Part shown: positions 1-7,824 of the stretch, piece after piece | Position numbering within the stretch: position 1 is the first letter of the stretch | Layout of the letters: the number at the start of each line of letters is the position of its first letter | From: Flavobacteriales bacterium | GTDB taxonomy: Bacteria > Bacteroidota > Bacteroidia > CAIKAF01 | Direction of reading: 5' to 3' | Assembly (NCBI GenBank): GCA_044376575.1 | Contig: JBILKR010000011.1 | Coordinates: forward strand, 4,701-68,700 | DNA: 64,000 bases | Made by a program: the position numbers and the translations under genes | The notes under the pieces: generated by a model | Database searches by the model: none | What the model was told of the DNA's origin: nothing | What the model saw: only the letters and a program-made list of their open reading frames with translations

Positions 1-57
1 GAACCTACGACCTCCTGCTCCCAAAGCAGGCGCGATACCGGGCTACGCTACACCCCG
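1..57 (-). tRNA. tRNA-Pro (anticodon TGG), partial; its 3' part lies beyond the window start
   Basis: Reverse complement of 1-57 reads cggggtgtagcgtagcccggtatcgcg-cctgc-tttggga-gcagg-aggtcgtaggttc. The anticodon stem is a perfect 5 bp and the loop carries TGG. The T-arm (gttcgaatcc) ends at the window edge. Confidence 0.7.
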
Positions 58-83
58 AGTGGTGTATTTTTAACTGATGTTTG

Positions 84-170
84 CGGTGAGGGGGGGATTC
101 GAACCCCCGGTACAGTTACCCGTACGGCAGTTTAGCAAACTGCTGGTTTCAGCCACTCACCCACCTCACC
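84..170 (-). tRNA. tRNA-Ser (anticodon GCT), long variable arm; CCA not encoded
   Basis: Reverse complement is ggtgaggtgggtgagtggctgaaaccagcagtttgctaaactgccgtacgggtaactgtaccgggggttcgaatcccccctcaccg. The 7-bp acceptor stem pairs, the anticodon loop is ttGCTaa, and there is a long variable arm and a GTTCGAATC T-loop. Confidence 0.8.
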
Positions 171-194
171 TGTCCGTCTAAACTAAAAGAACTT

Positions 195-240
195 TTAAAG
201 GGATGCAAATGTAATGAAATCTTGTTTTATGCCAAATTTT
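195..240 (-). promoter_or_regulatory. Bacteroidetes sigma-A type promoter for tRNA-Ser (-33 TTTG, 19-nt spacer, -7 TAcaTTTG followed by CATCCC)
   Basis: On the minus strand, TTTG sits at 236..233, TACATTTG at 213..206 and CATCCC at 205..200. The site is about 30 nt upstream of the tRNA 5' end at 170. It matches the established Bacteroidetes -33/-7 consensus TTTG/TAnnTTTG. Confidence 0.5.
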
Positions 241-282
241 ATTTGGAAATTTCATCAAGTAATCATCCGAAATCATAAAAAA

Positions 283-313
283 ATAAGGCGTATGAACTTC
301 ATACGCCTTTATT
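283..313 (-). terminator. Rho-independent terminator downstream of rplI
   Basis: Hairpin aaggcgtatgaacttcatacgcctt, with a T-run on the minus strand (plus strand: ...cataaaaaaataagg). Confidence 0.55.
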
Positions 314-330
314 CAATAAACTTAACCTAA

Positions 331-777
331 TTATTCTGATACAACTTCAAATTCAAAATTAATCTTGATATCCTTATGCAATTGAGCTGTAGCGGTATAT
401 TTACCTAATGATTTTATACTTTCTTCATTAATGGTAATTGTTTTTCTTTCAACATTTAATCCAGCAGCTTTAAGAGCTTCAGCCAACATTACCGTATTAA
501 CTGATCCGAAAATTTTACCATTTTCACCAACTTTAGCTTTAACCTTAACAGATGAATTTTTTAGTTTTTCACCTAAAACAGTAGCTTCATCCAATGCTTT
601 TTGTGCTTTATGTGATTGTTGCTTGATGTTTTCTTTCAACACTTTCAGGTTGGAAACTGTAGCTGCAATAGCATAACCTCTTGGAACTAAAAAATTACGT
701 GCATATCCGGGACGAACCGTTACAACGTCATTCTTATATCCTAAATTTTCAATGTCTTGTGTTAATATGATTTGCAT
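331..777 (-). CDS. rplI: 50S ribosomal protein L9
   Basis: 148-aa ORF beginning MQIILTQDIENLGYKNDVVTVRPGYARNFLVPRGYA, which is the L9 N-domain signature. It sits immediately downstream of rpsR. Confidence 0.9.
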   Translation of the reverse strand: MQIILTQDIENLGYKNDVVTVRPGYARNFLVPRGYAIAATVSNLKVLKENIKQQSHKAQKALDEATVLGEKLKNSSVKVKAKVGENGKIFGSVNTVMLAEALKAAGLNVERKTITINEESIKSLGKYTATAQLHKDIKINFEFEVVSE

Positions 778-785
778 AACGAATA

Positions 786-1091
786 TTATTTTAACATGTC
801 ACCTACATAAGGCAATAAAGCAAGATGGCGGGCTCTTTTAATAGCCTGTGAAACCTTGCGCTGATATTTTAAAGATGTTCCAGTTAAACGACGTGGCAAT
901 ACTTTACCTTGTTCATTAACCAACTTCAATAAGAAGTCTGGATCTTTATAATCGATAAATTTTATACCATTTTTTTTAAAACGGCAATATTTATCTTTTC
1001 TTACTTCAATCGGAGGAGGAGTTAAATATCTGATTTCAGACTGATTCTCTTCCTTCGCATTAATGTTCTGATTGATTGCTTCGGTGCTCAT
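786..1091 (-). CDS. rpsR: 30S ribosomal protein S18
   Basis: The ORF contains the S18 core RYLTPPPIE...YCRFKK...KFIDYKD...LPRRLTG...[12 protein letters not shown]. Confidence 0.9.
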   Translation of the reverse strand: MSTEAINQNINAKEENQSEIRYLTPPPIEVRKDKYCRFKKNGIKFIDYKDPDFLLKLVNEQGKVLPRRLTGTSLKYQRKVSQAIKRARHLALLPYVGDMLK

Positions 1092-1093
1092 AA

Positions 1094-1450
1094 TTATTTC
1101 TCAGCTACTTTAGATTTAGACGATAATCTTTCTCTGCGTTTAACGCTGTATGCAATTGCATCACTATCCATTTTAGTAGTCATAAAACGTAATATCCTTT
1201 CATCTCTTCTGAAAGTTAATTCCATTTTATCAACAAAAGATGGTTCTGATTTGAACTCAAACAATTGATAAAATCCTGTTGACTTCTTTAAAATAGGATA
1301 AGCAAGCTTACGCAGCCCCCAGTTCTCCTCATTTATAATAGAACATCCATTTTCTTTCAACAGTTCCCTGTATTTTTCAACCGCCTCTTTCAATTGGTCA
1401 TCGCTCAAAACAGGGGTGAGGATGAAAACGGTTTCATACTGATTCGCCAT
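1094..1450 (-). CDS. rpsF: 30S ribosomal protein S6 (start trimmed to [11 protein letters not shown]; the ORF track extends 17 codons further upstream)
   Basis: S6 signature YETVFILTP...[11 protein letters not shown] (reverse-complement ATG) lies at 1448-1450, and the promoter motif sits about 30 nt upstream. Confidence 0.85.
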   Translation of the reverse strand: MANQYETVFILTPVLSDDQLKEAVEKYRELLKENGCSIINEENWGLRKLAYPILKKSTGFYQLFEFKSEPSFVDKMELTFRRDERILRFMTTKMDSDAIAYSVKRRERLSSKSKVAEK

Positions 1451-1482
1451 TCGGTGTAAATTTAATTTCCAGTTTTTAAATT

Positions 1483-1520
1483 GGGATGCAAATATATACA
1501 TTTTTCACTATATATACAAA
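1483..1520 (-). promoter_or_regulatory. Promoter of the rpsF-rpsR-rplI operon (-33 TTTG, 20-nt spacer, -7 TATATTTG followed by CATCCC)
   Basis: Plus-strand gggatgcaaatata at 1483-1496 is the reverse complement of TATATTTGCATCCC. CAAA at 1517-1520 corresponds to TTTG on the minus strand. Confidence 0.5.
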
Positions 1521-1599
1521 CAGCCTTGTTATTTTGATATATTCTATTTCAAAAGAATCTACCACCCTTTAGTAATGTATTGAATTTCAGTTAAATATT

Positions 1600-1622
1600 C
1601 CGGGCTCCTTTCCGGAGCCCGG
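1600..1622 (-). terminator. GC-rich hairpin immediately 3' of tRNA-Met (putative terminator)
   Basis: ccgggctcc-tttcc-ggagcccgg, a 9-bp perfect stem located 5 nt beyond the tRNA 3' end. Confidence 0.4.
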
Positions 1623-1626
1623 CTTG

Positions 1627-1700
1627 TAGCGGAGACGGGAGTTGAACCCGTGACCTCAGGGTTATGAATCCTGCGCTCTAACCATCTGAGCTACCCCGCC
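1627..1700 (-). tRNA. tRNA-Met (anticodon CAT; elongator Met or lysidine-modified Ile2 cannot be distinguished by eye)
   Basis: Reverse complement is ggcggggtagctcagatggttagagcgcaggattcataaccctgaggtcacgggttcaactcccgtctccgcta, a cloverleaf with anticodon loop ttCATaa. CCA is not encoded. Confidence 0.75.
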
Positions 1701-1733
1701 ATATTTAATTTATATTTCAAATTCCCTAAAAAA

Positions 1734-1775
1734 GGGCTGCAAATATAGTTTTTTTCATTAAAAAATACCATTTAT
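1734..1775 (-). promoter_or_regulatory. Promoter of tRNA-Met (-7 TATATTTG followed by CAGCCC; weak -33)
   Basis: Plus-strand gggctgcaaatata at 1734-1747 is the reverse complement of TATATTTGCAGCCC. It lies about 34 nt upstream of the tRNA 5' end. Confidence 0.45.
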
Positions 1776-1848
1776 TCTCAATATTCATTTTTTTATTAAC
1801 ACACTATCTTGTTTTTCAAATCATTGTTTTTTATTTGTTTTTTTTATA

Positions 1849-3270
1849 TTGGCATTCATTTCAATTTCTATGGCAAAGAAAATAGTATCTAAAAAAACGA
1901 TTTCGCAGAAAAAAAAGCAACCCGCTAAACCTGTAAAGTCAAAAAAATCTGCCCCTCAGAAAAAGGTAGTTAAAAAAGCAGCACCACAAAAGAAAGCAAA
2001 ACCTACTCCTAAGAAAACAGCTTCTAAAGGATCGGTTAAAAAAGTTGTGAAACCTGTGAAGTCAGCGTTAAATAAAAAGAAGGTCTCTGTTAAGCCAACC
2101 TCAGTAAAGAAAAAGGTGGTGAAACCTGTTGCAAAAAAAACAGTGAAAAAAGTGGCTCCGGCAAAACCGACTAAAAAACAAGTAGTCAAAAAGCAGTTGA
2201 AACCAGCTGTAAAAGCTAAAAATATTCCTGTAAAGAAATCAAAGACTCCAGTAAAACCTGTAAAGAAATCAAAGACTCCTGTAAAACCGGTAAAGAAATC
2301 AAAGACTCCAGTAAAACCTGTAAAGAAATCTGCAAGCGTAAAAGCAAAAGTTGTTGCAAAGCCTGTTGTGAAATCAAAAGCAGTGAATAAAGTAAAAGTA
2401 GTTCCTGTAAAGTCTGCTAAGGCTCAAATTCCTGCAAAGAAGCAATCATTGAAAGTGCAGGTTGAAAAAAAGAATAACAAGAAACAATCTGTTCAAATAA
2501 ATAAATCTAAACCAGCACCATCTAAAAATTCTAAAGTTGAAGTTATTGCTGAACCCACAAAGAAAAAAGTAGTTGTTGCAGCGAAAGAAGAAATGAAGAA
2601 AATTGCTGCATCAAAACCTGCAATTGCTTCAAAGCCGCCGGTAGCTCAAATTAAAACTAAACCTGCAAAACCAGGAAGACGCAAGAAAAAATCAGAGGAT
2701 GATGATATGGATGGACCTTCAATGAAAGATCTTGAAATTCTTGATTTACCTGATTTCATGGTGAAGCCCTCTAAAAAAGATAAGAAAGAACCACACAAAC
2801 ATATTATTCGTACACCTGCTGTTCAGAAAGAAGTGATCAATCAGCATAAAAACGAAAAGGTTGACTTGAATCCAAAAGTTGTTCGTACTAATAATAAAAT
2901 CAAAATTGAATTGGAATATATGGTGCGTTCTTCACCACGTATATTGTTTAATTTCATTAGTACACCCAGTGGTTTGTCTGAATGGTTCTCAGATGATGTG
3001 AATATTAAAAATGATATTTACTCATTCATGTGGGAAGGTTCTGAAGAAAGAGCCAGATTACTTGTAGCTCGCGAATTTGATTTGGTTCGTTTTAAATGGG
3101 TATCAACAGATAATGATGATACTTATTTTGAGTTACGTATCAAGATTGATGAGTTAACGGGAGATGTAGCTTTAATCATTACAGATTTTGCATTGAAAGA
3201 AGAGTTACAGGAAGTTCAGATGCTTTGGGATACACAGATACATGAGTTGTTTAAAGTTCTCGGAACTTAA
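1849..3270 (+). CDS. Lysine/proline-rich histone H1-like (AlgP-like) protein with a C-terminal globular domain resembling the SRPBCC/AHSA1 (START/Bet v1-like) fold
   Basis: Residues 1-290 are low-complexity (KPVKKSKTPV)n, K/A/P/V-rich. The C-terminal 150 aa are globular, with the motif SSPRILFNFISTPSGLSEWFSD resembling the AHSA1/SRPBCC N-terminal 'P..l...lTdp..l..Wf' motif. The SRPBCC assignment is inference. Confidence 0.5.
   Translation: MAFISISMAKKIVSKKTISQKKKQPAKPVKSKKSAPQKKVVKKAAPQKKAKPTPKKTASKGSVKKVVKPVKSALNKKKVSVKPTSVKKKVVKPVAKKTVKKVAPAKPTKKQVVKKQLKPAVKAKNIPVKKSKTPVKPVKKSKTPVKPVKKSKTPVKPVKKSASVKAKVVAKPVVKSKAVNKVKVVPVKSAKAQIPAKKQSLKVQVEKKNNKKQSVQINKSKPAPSKNSKVEVIAEPTKKKVVVAAKEEMKKIAASKPAIASKPPVAQIKTKPAKPGRRKKKSEDDDMDGPSMKDLEILDLPDFMVKPSKKDKKEPHKHIIRTPAVQKEVINQHKNEKVDLNPKVVRTNNKIKIELEYMVRSSPRILFNFISTPSGLSEWFSDDVNIKNDIYSFMWEGSEERARLLVAREFDLVRFKWVSTDNDDTYFELRIKIDELTGDVALIITDFALKEELQEVQMLWDTQIHELFKVLGT
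2230..2325 (+). repeat. In-frame 30-bp tandem repeat of about 3.2 copies inside the H1-like gene
   Basis: gtaaagaaatcaaagactccagtaaaacct repeats at 2230, 2260 (2 mismatches) and 2290 (identical), with a partial copy at 2320. It encodes VKKSKTPVKP. Confidence 0.85.
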
Positions 3271-3295
3271 TCTCAAATATTTCTTTATTCATAAT

Positions 3296-3329
3296 AAAAA
3301 AGCTCAAGAAATTTTTCTTGAGCTTTTTT
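3296..3329. terminator. Bidirectional rho-independent terminator between two convergent genes
   Basis: aaaaaagctcaagaaatttttcttgagctttttt, a 9-bp stem flanked by an A-run and a T-run. Confidence 0.6.
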
Positions 3330-3351
3330 ATTGAACTTATCATTTCATTTC

Positions 3352-4482
3352 CTACTTCATACTTTGAATAAACTTATTCAGTTCATCTTTTGATGAAGAA
3401 AAATTGAATACATCATTGATCTGATAATAATTCTGTTTGTCAGAACAATAAACATAACTATACTTTGCAAGATCAAGTTTGTTGTCGTCAAAAGAAAATA
3501 ATAAAATAATTTCTTTAAGTTGATTTACTGTAAAACATTTCTTTCCGCTAATGGCCTGCTTGGCAATATTCATTTTTGTGGAAGCAAAATTTTCTTTTCC
3601 AATGGATGATTTGATTTGATTCATATCTGCATTGCTAACCACACAATTATTAGTTTGAGGTTGCTGATTAATGTTGTTTTGCTGCGGATTTATTCTGCCA
3701 CTTAAAGTATTTATAAAATCATTGATTAATACATCACTGCTTAAAACATATCTTGCAAATTCATAATTACCCTTGTCATATACTTTTGTAATTCCTGATT
3801 TGAGAATGTCTAATCTTACCGATTCCATCGTAATAGTGGTAGTCAGTTTCATAATCTGAGATGTAGTTAAACACTTGCTTTGAATAATGTTTTTAATAAA
3901 ATCTGTTCGTGCCTGCAAGCTCATTTGTGATGATAAAACATGCAGTGCATATCCATTTATTTCTGCATCATTAACAGGAAAATTACATTGTGTTATTCCC
4001 AGGTATCCCGTTGTTTCAGGGTAGGGAACAGGAGGATAGGAAACAATATTATTTTGCAGTACGGCATTGTTTGTATTGATATTAGCTGCAGGTACTACTG
4101 TATTGTTCTGTGGAATGGTTCTTATTTTAAGAATATGATCGTGTAACTTAAATACAGAGGAGAAATAGGCAAAGGCATCATACACATCATAAAAGTTATC
4201 CTTATCTGTGGTATTGGCATAAGCATTTTTACAGAATTCAAATTTTGAGGCATCTCCGTTTAACGCAAGTGCCAATTGTTTTATCTGCCAAGAACTTAAG
4301 CAATTTGCTGCAACCAGATTATTGGCCATCGTGAGTCGTGTATTCTCATCAAACGATGAGGTGATTTGCTGATATCTTTGCTGAAAGAAAGTATTGGAAA
4401 CAGGTGTTATACATGCTTGAGACCAAACACTGAAAGCTATTGATGTAGAAAAGATAAACGATAATAAGATAGTTTTCATCAT
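3352..4482 (-). CDS. Secreted hypothetical protein, N/Q/T-rich. Start trimmed to MMKTILLSFIF, since the track ORF overlaps the upstream gene.
   Basis: Signal peptide MMKTILLSFIFSTSIAFSVWSQA. Long N/Q-rich low-complexity stretches. No recognisable catalytic motif. Confidence 0.4.
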   Translation of the reverse strand: MMKTILLSFIFSTSIAFSVWSQACITPVSNTFFQQRYQQITSSFDENTRLTMANNLVAANCLSSWQIKQLALALNGDASKFEFCKNAYANTTDKDNFYDVYDAFAYFSSVFKLHDHILKIRTIPQNNTVVPAANINTNNAVLQNNIVSYPPVPYPETTGYLGITQCNFPVNDAEINGYALHVLSSQMSLQARTDFIKNIIQSKCLTTSQIMKLTTTITMESVRLDILKSGITKVYDKGNYEFARYVLSSDVLINDFINTLSGRINPQQNNINQQPQTNNCVVSNADMNQIKSSIGKENFASTKMNIAKQAISGKKCFTVNQLKEIILLFSFDDNKLDLAKYSYVYCSDKQNYYQINDVFNFSSSKDELNKFIQSMK

Positions 4483-4489
4483 ATTAAAA

Positions 4490-5089
4490 TTAATTGTTGT
4501 TTTTTGTTTCATTCCATGTTTTGTAATTGCTGATTCCCAGTCCATGCTGTTCATCTTTGTTGGTAAGTGGTTCACACTGTTTTAATGTTTCTCTGCACTG
4601 TTGAGGTAATTGCTGATATAACGATGTGCCTTCTGATTTCCATGAAATCATTTCTTCTGTTACTTCTTTTACAATCTTTGCCGGATTGCCAACCACTACT
4701 TTTCGATCAGGTATTATTGTATCAGCATTAATAAATGTGAGCGCCCCAATGATACACTCTTTTCCGATAACAACATTATCCATGATGACGGCATTCATTC
4801 CAATCAGACTATTTTCTCCAATTTCACCACCATGAATAATTGCACCATGACCAATATGTGCATTTTTTTTCAGATGAACGGTAACTCCCGGGAACATATG
4901 AATGGTACAATTTTCCTGCACATTACAACCGTCTTCAATTAGAATCCTGCCCCAGTCACCACGAATAGCGGCACCCGGACCAATATATACATTTTTACCT
5001 ATGATTACATTTCCGGTAACCGCTGCCTGAGGATGTATAAAAGCACTGGGATCCACAACGGGTTTCCAACCATTAAATTCGTAAATCAT
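4490..5089 (-). CDS. Gamma-carbonic-anhydrase-like hexapeptide-repeat protein (PaaY/CaiE/YrdA family)
   Basis: Left-handed beta-helix hexapeptide repeats (IGKNVYIGPGAAIRGD..., HIGHGAIIHGGEIG...). About 200 aa, typical of PaaY and gamma-CA. Confidence 0.7.
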   Translation of the reverse strand: MIYEFNGWKPVVDPSAFIHPQAAVTGNVIIGKNVYIGPGAAIRGDWGRILIEDGCNVQENCTIHMFPGVTVHLKKNAHIGHGAIIHGGEIGENSLIGMNAVIMDNVVIGKECIIGALTFINADTIIPDRKVVVGNPAKIVKEVTEEMISWKSEGTSLYQQLPQQCRETLKQCEPLTNKDEQHGLGISNYKTWNETKNNN

Positions 5090-5105
5090 ATTTCAGTAGT
5101 TTTAA

Positions 5106-6320
5106 TTATAGTTGAGCATTTTCAAGAATAACTGCGTACCCCTGACCAACACCAATACACATGGTACATAGTGCATATTTTTTTCCAGTCAGGGCAAGTT
5201 CAAGTGCTGCTGAATAAGTAATTCTTGCACCTGACATTCCTAATGGATGACCAAGTGCTATCGCTCCTCCGTTGGGATTTATTCTTTGATCATCTCCTTT
5301 TAATCCCATTTCATGAGTACATGCCAATACCTGTGCAGCAAATGCTTCATTAATTTCTATGATATCCATATCTTTTAATGAAAGACCTGCACGTTGTAAT
5401 GCTTTGCGGCTTGCTTCTACGGGGCCGATACCCATAATGCGTGGCTCAACTCCTGCAACTGCCGAAGCAATTATTTTTGCTTTGGGTTGAAGTCCCCAAT
5501 TTTTTATCGCATCATCAGAGGCAATCAGCAAGGCTGCTGCTCCATCATTTAAACCTGATGAATTTCCTGCAGTCACTGCCCCGTCTGTTTTAAATGCAGG
5601 GCGAAGTTTTGATAAGGCTTCAAGTGTTGTGTTTGATTTTACAAATTCATCTTTATCAAAAAGTACCGAGTCGCCTTTTTTTTGGGGAACAGCGATAGGA
5701 CTTATTTCTTTAGAAAGTCTTCCTGATTCAATAGCCTGTGTTGCTTTTTGTTGCGACCACAATGCAAATTCATCCAATTGTGTTCGACTGATGTGGGTAT
5801 ATTTTTCAAGTAAATTTTCTGCTGTCTGACCCATTCCGTCTGTTCCATATTGTTTTTGTAATACGGGATTAATAAATCTCCATCCAAAACTTGAGTCCGC
5901 CATTTCAGCGTCTCTGCCAAACGGAACAGTAGTTTTAGAAATAACCCAAGGTGCCCTTGTCATACTTTCTACTCCTCCAGCAATATATACATCTCCATTG
6001 CCGGTTTGGATTCCATGGGAAGCATTTATAACTGCCGACATTCCGGAAGCACAAAGACGGTTAACGGTTTCGCCGGGAACAGAGTAGGGGAGGCCAGCCA
6101 GTAATAAAGACATCCTTGCGATATTCCGGTTGTCTTCTCCCGCCTGATTCGCACATCCTAAAATCACATCTTCGATGAGAACTGGATCAATATTTTTATT
6201 TTTTTCAATTAATATTTTGATAACATGTGCTGCCAGATCATCGGGTCTAACTGTTGCTAGACTTCCTGCAAAGTTTGCAATGGGTGTTCTTATTCCGTCA
6301 ATTATATAAGCATTTTTCAT
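5106..6320 (-). CDS. 3-ketoacyl-CoA thiolase (beta-ketoadipyl-CoA thiolase PaaJ/PcaF-like)
   Basis: Thiolase signatures: the N-terminal active-site Cys region NRLCASGMSA and the C-terminal motifs NPNGGAIALGHPLGMSGAR and CIGVGQG. Confidence 0.8.
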   Translation of the reverse strand: MKNAYIIDGIRTPIANFAGSLATVRPDDLAAHVIKILIEKNKNIDPVLIEDVILGCANQAGEDNRNIARMSLLLAGLPYSVPGETVNRLCASGMSAVINASHGIQTGNGDVYIAGGVESMTRAPWVISKTTVPFGRDAEMADSSFGWRFINPVLQKQYGTDGMGQTAENLLEKYTHISRTQLDEFALWSQQKATQAIESGRLSKEISPIAVPQKKGDSVLFDKDEFVKSNTTLEALSKLRPAFKTDGAVTAGNSSGLNDGAAALLIASDDAIKNWGLQPKAKIIASAVAGVEPRIMGIGPVEASRKALQRAGLSLKDMDIIEINEAFAAQVLACTHEMGLKGDDQRINPNGGAIALGHPLGMSGARITYSAALELALTGKKYALCTMCIGVGQGYAVILENAQL

Positions 6321-6345
6321 AAGATAAATCTGAATTCAAATGTAA

Positions 6346-6376
6346 ATAAAAAAACCGCCTTAAGGGCGGTTTTTAA
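6346..6376 (-). terminator. Rho-independent terminator downstream of dnaA
   Basis: aaaaaaccgccttaagggcggttttt. Confidence 0.6.
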
Positions 6377-6393
6377 TTGATATCATTTTTGTA

Positions 6394-7824
6394 TTAAATA
6401 CTGATTTTCTTTTCAAGCTCTTCAACATATGCCCTAAAGCGCTTGTCTGTTTCCATCAGGTTATTTACAGTTTTACATGCGTGCAATACAGTTGCATGAT
6501 CTTTACCACCGCAATGCGAACCAATGGTTGCCAATGATGATTTTGTAAATTGTTTTGCAAAGAACATCGCAATTTGTCTGGCTTGAACAACTTCACGTTT
6601 TCTGGTTTTAGATTTCATTAATTCGATAGGTAAATCAAAATAATCACAAACCACTTTTTGAATATAGTCAATGGATACTTCTCTTGCATTGTTCTTCACG
6701 AACTTATCAATCATCTTTTTTGCCAGCTCAATAGTAATTTCTTTTTTGTTTAATGATGATTGAGCGATTAGAGATATTAAAGCGCCTTCCAGTTCACGAA
6801 TGTTTGTAGTGATACTGTATGCCATATATTCAATCACATCTTTCGTTAATTCTATACCATCATTGTATAATTTCTTTTCCAAAATTGCAATTCTGGTTTC
6901 CAGTTCAGGAGTTTGAAGATCTGCTGATAATCCCCATTTGAAGCGCGATAATAAACGCTGTTCCATACCTTGTAATTCAACCGGAGGTTTATCAGATGTT
7001 AATATCAGTTGTTTGCCGTTCTGATGGAGGTGATTAAATATATGGAAGAAAACATCCTGTGTTTTTTCTTTGCCTGCAAAGAAGTGCACATCATCTATAA
7101 TTAAAACATCCACCAGTTGGTAGAAGTTGATAAAGTCATTCTGACTTCCGTTTTTTACCGCATCAATAAACTGATTAGTAAATTTTTCAGAAGGAACGTA
7201 TAATACAGTTTTATTTGGAAAATTCTTTTTGATTTCAATTCCTATAGCATGAACAAGGTGTGTTTTTCCTAATCCAACATTACTATAAACCAATAAAGGA
7301 TTGAATGAAGTTCCCCCAGGATTCTTTGCTACGGCATAACCGGCAGAACGAGCAAGGCGATTGCAATCACCTTCAATAAAATTTTCAAAAGTATAGTTTG
7401 GATTTAAGTTTGAATCAATATTTACTTTTTTCAAACCAGGGATGATGAATGGATTTTTGATGGTTCTGTTTCCACCTAAATCCAATGGCATATTTACAGT
7501 AGGATTCGCTAATGCTTTTTTATCGGTTGTAGGAATTTTTACTGAATAAGGTTTAGTTGATGTAAAACTGTTTTCCATTATGATGCTGTATTCCAGTCTT
7601 CCTTCAGCACCCAATTCTTTTTTCACAACCTTTTTTAATAAAGTGATGTAATGTTCTTCTAGCCATTCATAAAAAAACTGAGAAGGAACCTGAATCGTCA
7701 AAACGCTTTCAACAAGTTTTATTGGCTTAATAGGTTCAAACCAAGTTTTAAAACTTTGTGGACTAACATTATCACGAATTACATCAAGGCAGTTTTCCCA
7801 TACATTTTGTATCTCTTTAGGCAT
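6394..7824 (-). CDS. dnaA: Chromosomal replication initiator protein DnaA
   Basis: 476 aa. AAA+ Walker A GLGKTHL, sensor motifs, and the C-terminal DnaA-box-binding helix-turn-helix. Confidence 0.95.
   Translation of the reverse strand: MPKEIQNVWENCLDVIRDNVSPQSFKTWFEPIKPIKLVESVLTIQVPSQFFYEWLEEHYITLLKKVVKKELGAEGRLEYSIIMENSFTSTKPYSVKIPTTDKKALANPTVNMPLDLGGNRTIKNPFIIPGLKKVNIDSNLNPNYTFENFIEGDCNRLARSAGYAVAKNPGGTSFNPLLVYSNVGLGKTHLVHAIGIEIKKNFPNKTVLYVPSEKFTNQFIDAVKNGSQNDFINFYQLVDVLIIDDVHFFAGKEKTQDVFFHIFNHLHQNGKQLILTSDKPPVELQGMEQRLLSRFKWGLSADLQTPELETRIAILEKKLYNDGIELTKDVIEYMAYSITTNIRELEGALISLIAQSSLNKKEITIELAKKMIDKFVKNNAREVSIDYIQKVVCDYFDLPIELMKSKTRKREVVQARQIAMFFAKQFTKSSLATIGSHCGGKDHATVLHACKTVNNLMETDKRFRAYVEELEKKISI

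Noticed and set aside
1956-2189. 77-aa antisense ORF inside the lysine-rich gene. Similar antisense or out-of-frame ORFs occur at 431..676, 3940..4146, 4626..4835, 5629..5920, 8109..8321, 9272..9568, 9893..10084, 17722..18194, 19171..19795, 21828..22249, 23089..23653, 28118..28839, 30320..31165, 35549..38632, 43395..43896, 48127..48420, 51868..52577, 54074..54457, 55720..56232, 57968..58564, 59985..60493 and 63145..63589.
   Set aside because: Each lies entirely within a longer ORF that has a strong, recognisable protein signature on the other strand or in another frame. Their compositions mirror the codon bias of that gene, for example poly-F/T from the antisense of poly-K. They have no independent start context.
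2230-2330. Tandem 30-bp repeats (also at 48274..48345) considered as a possible CRISPR array or minisatellite.
   Set aside because: The repeats are contiguous, in frame and inside coding sequence, with no unique spacers. They encode lysine-rich peptide repeats, not CRISPR units.
3352-4575. The full-length 407-aa ORF overlapping the PaaY-like gene.
   Set aside because: The N-terminal 31 codons overlap the upstream gene's C-terminus and precede an obvious signal peptide. I trimmed the start to 4482.
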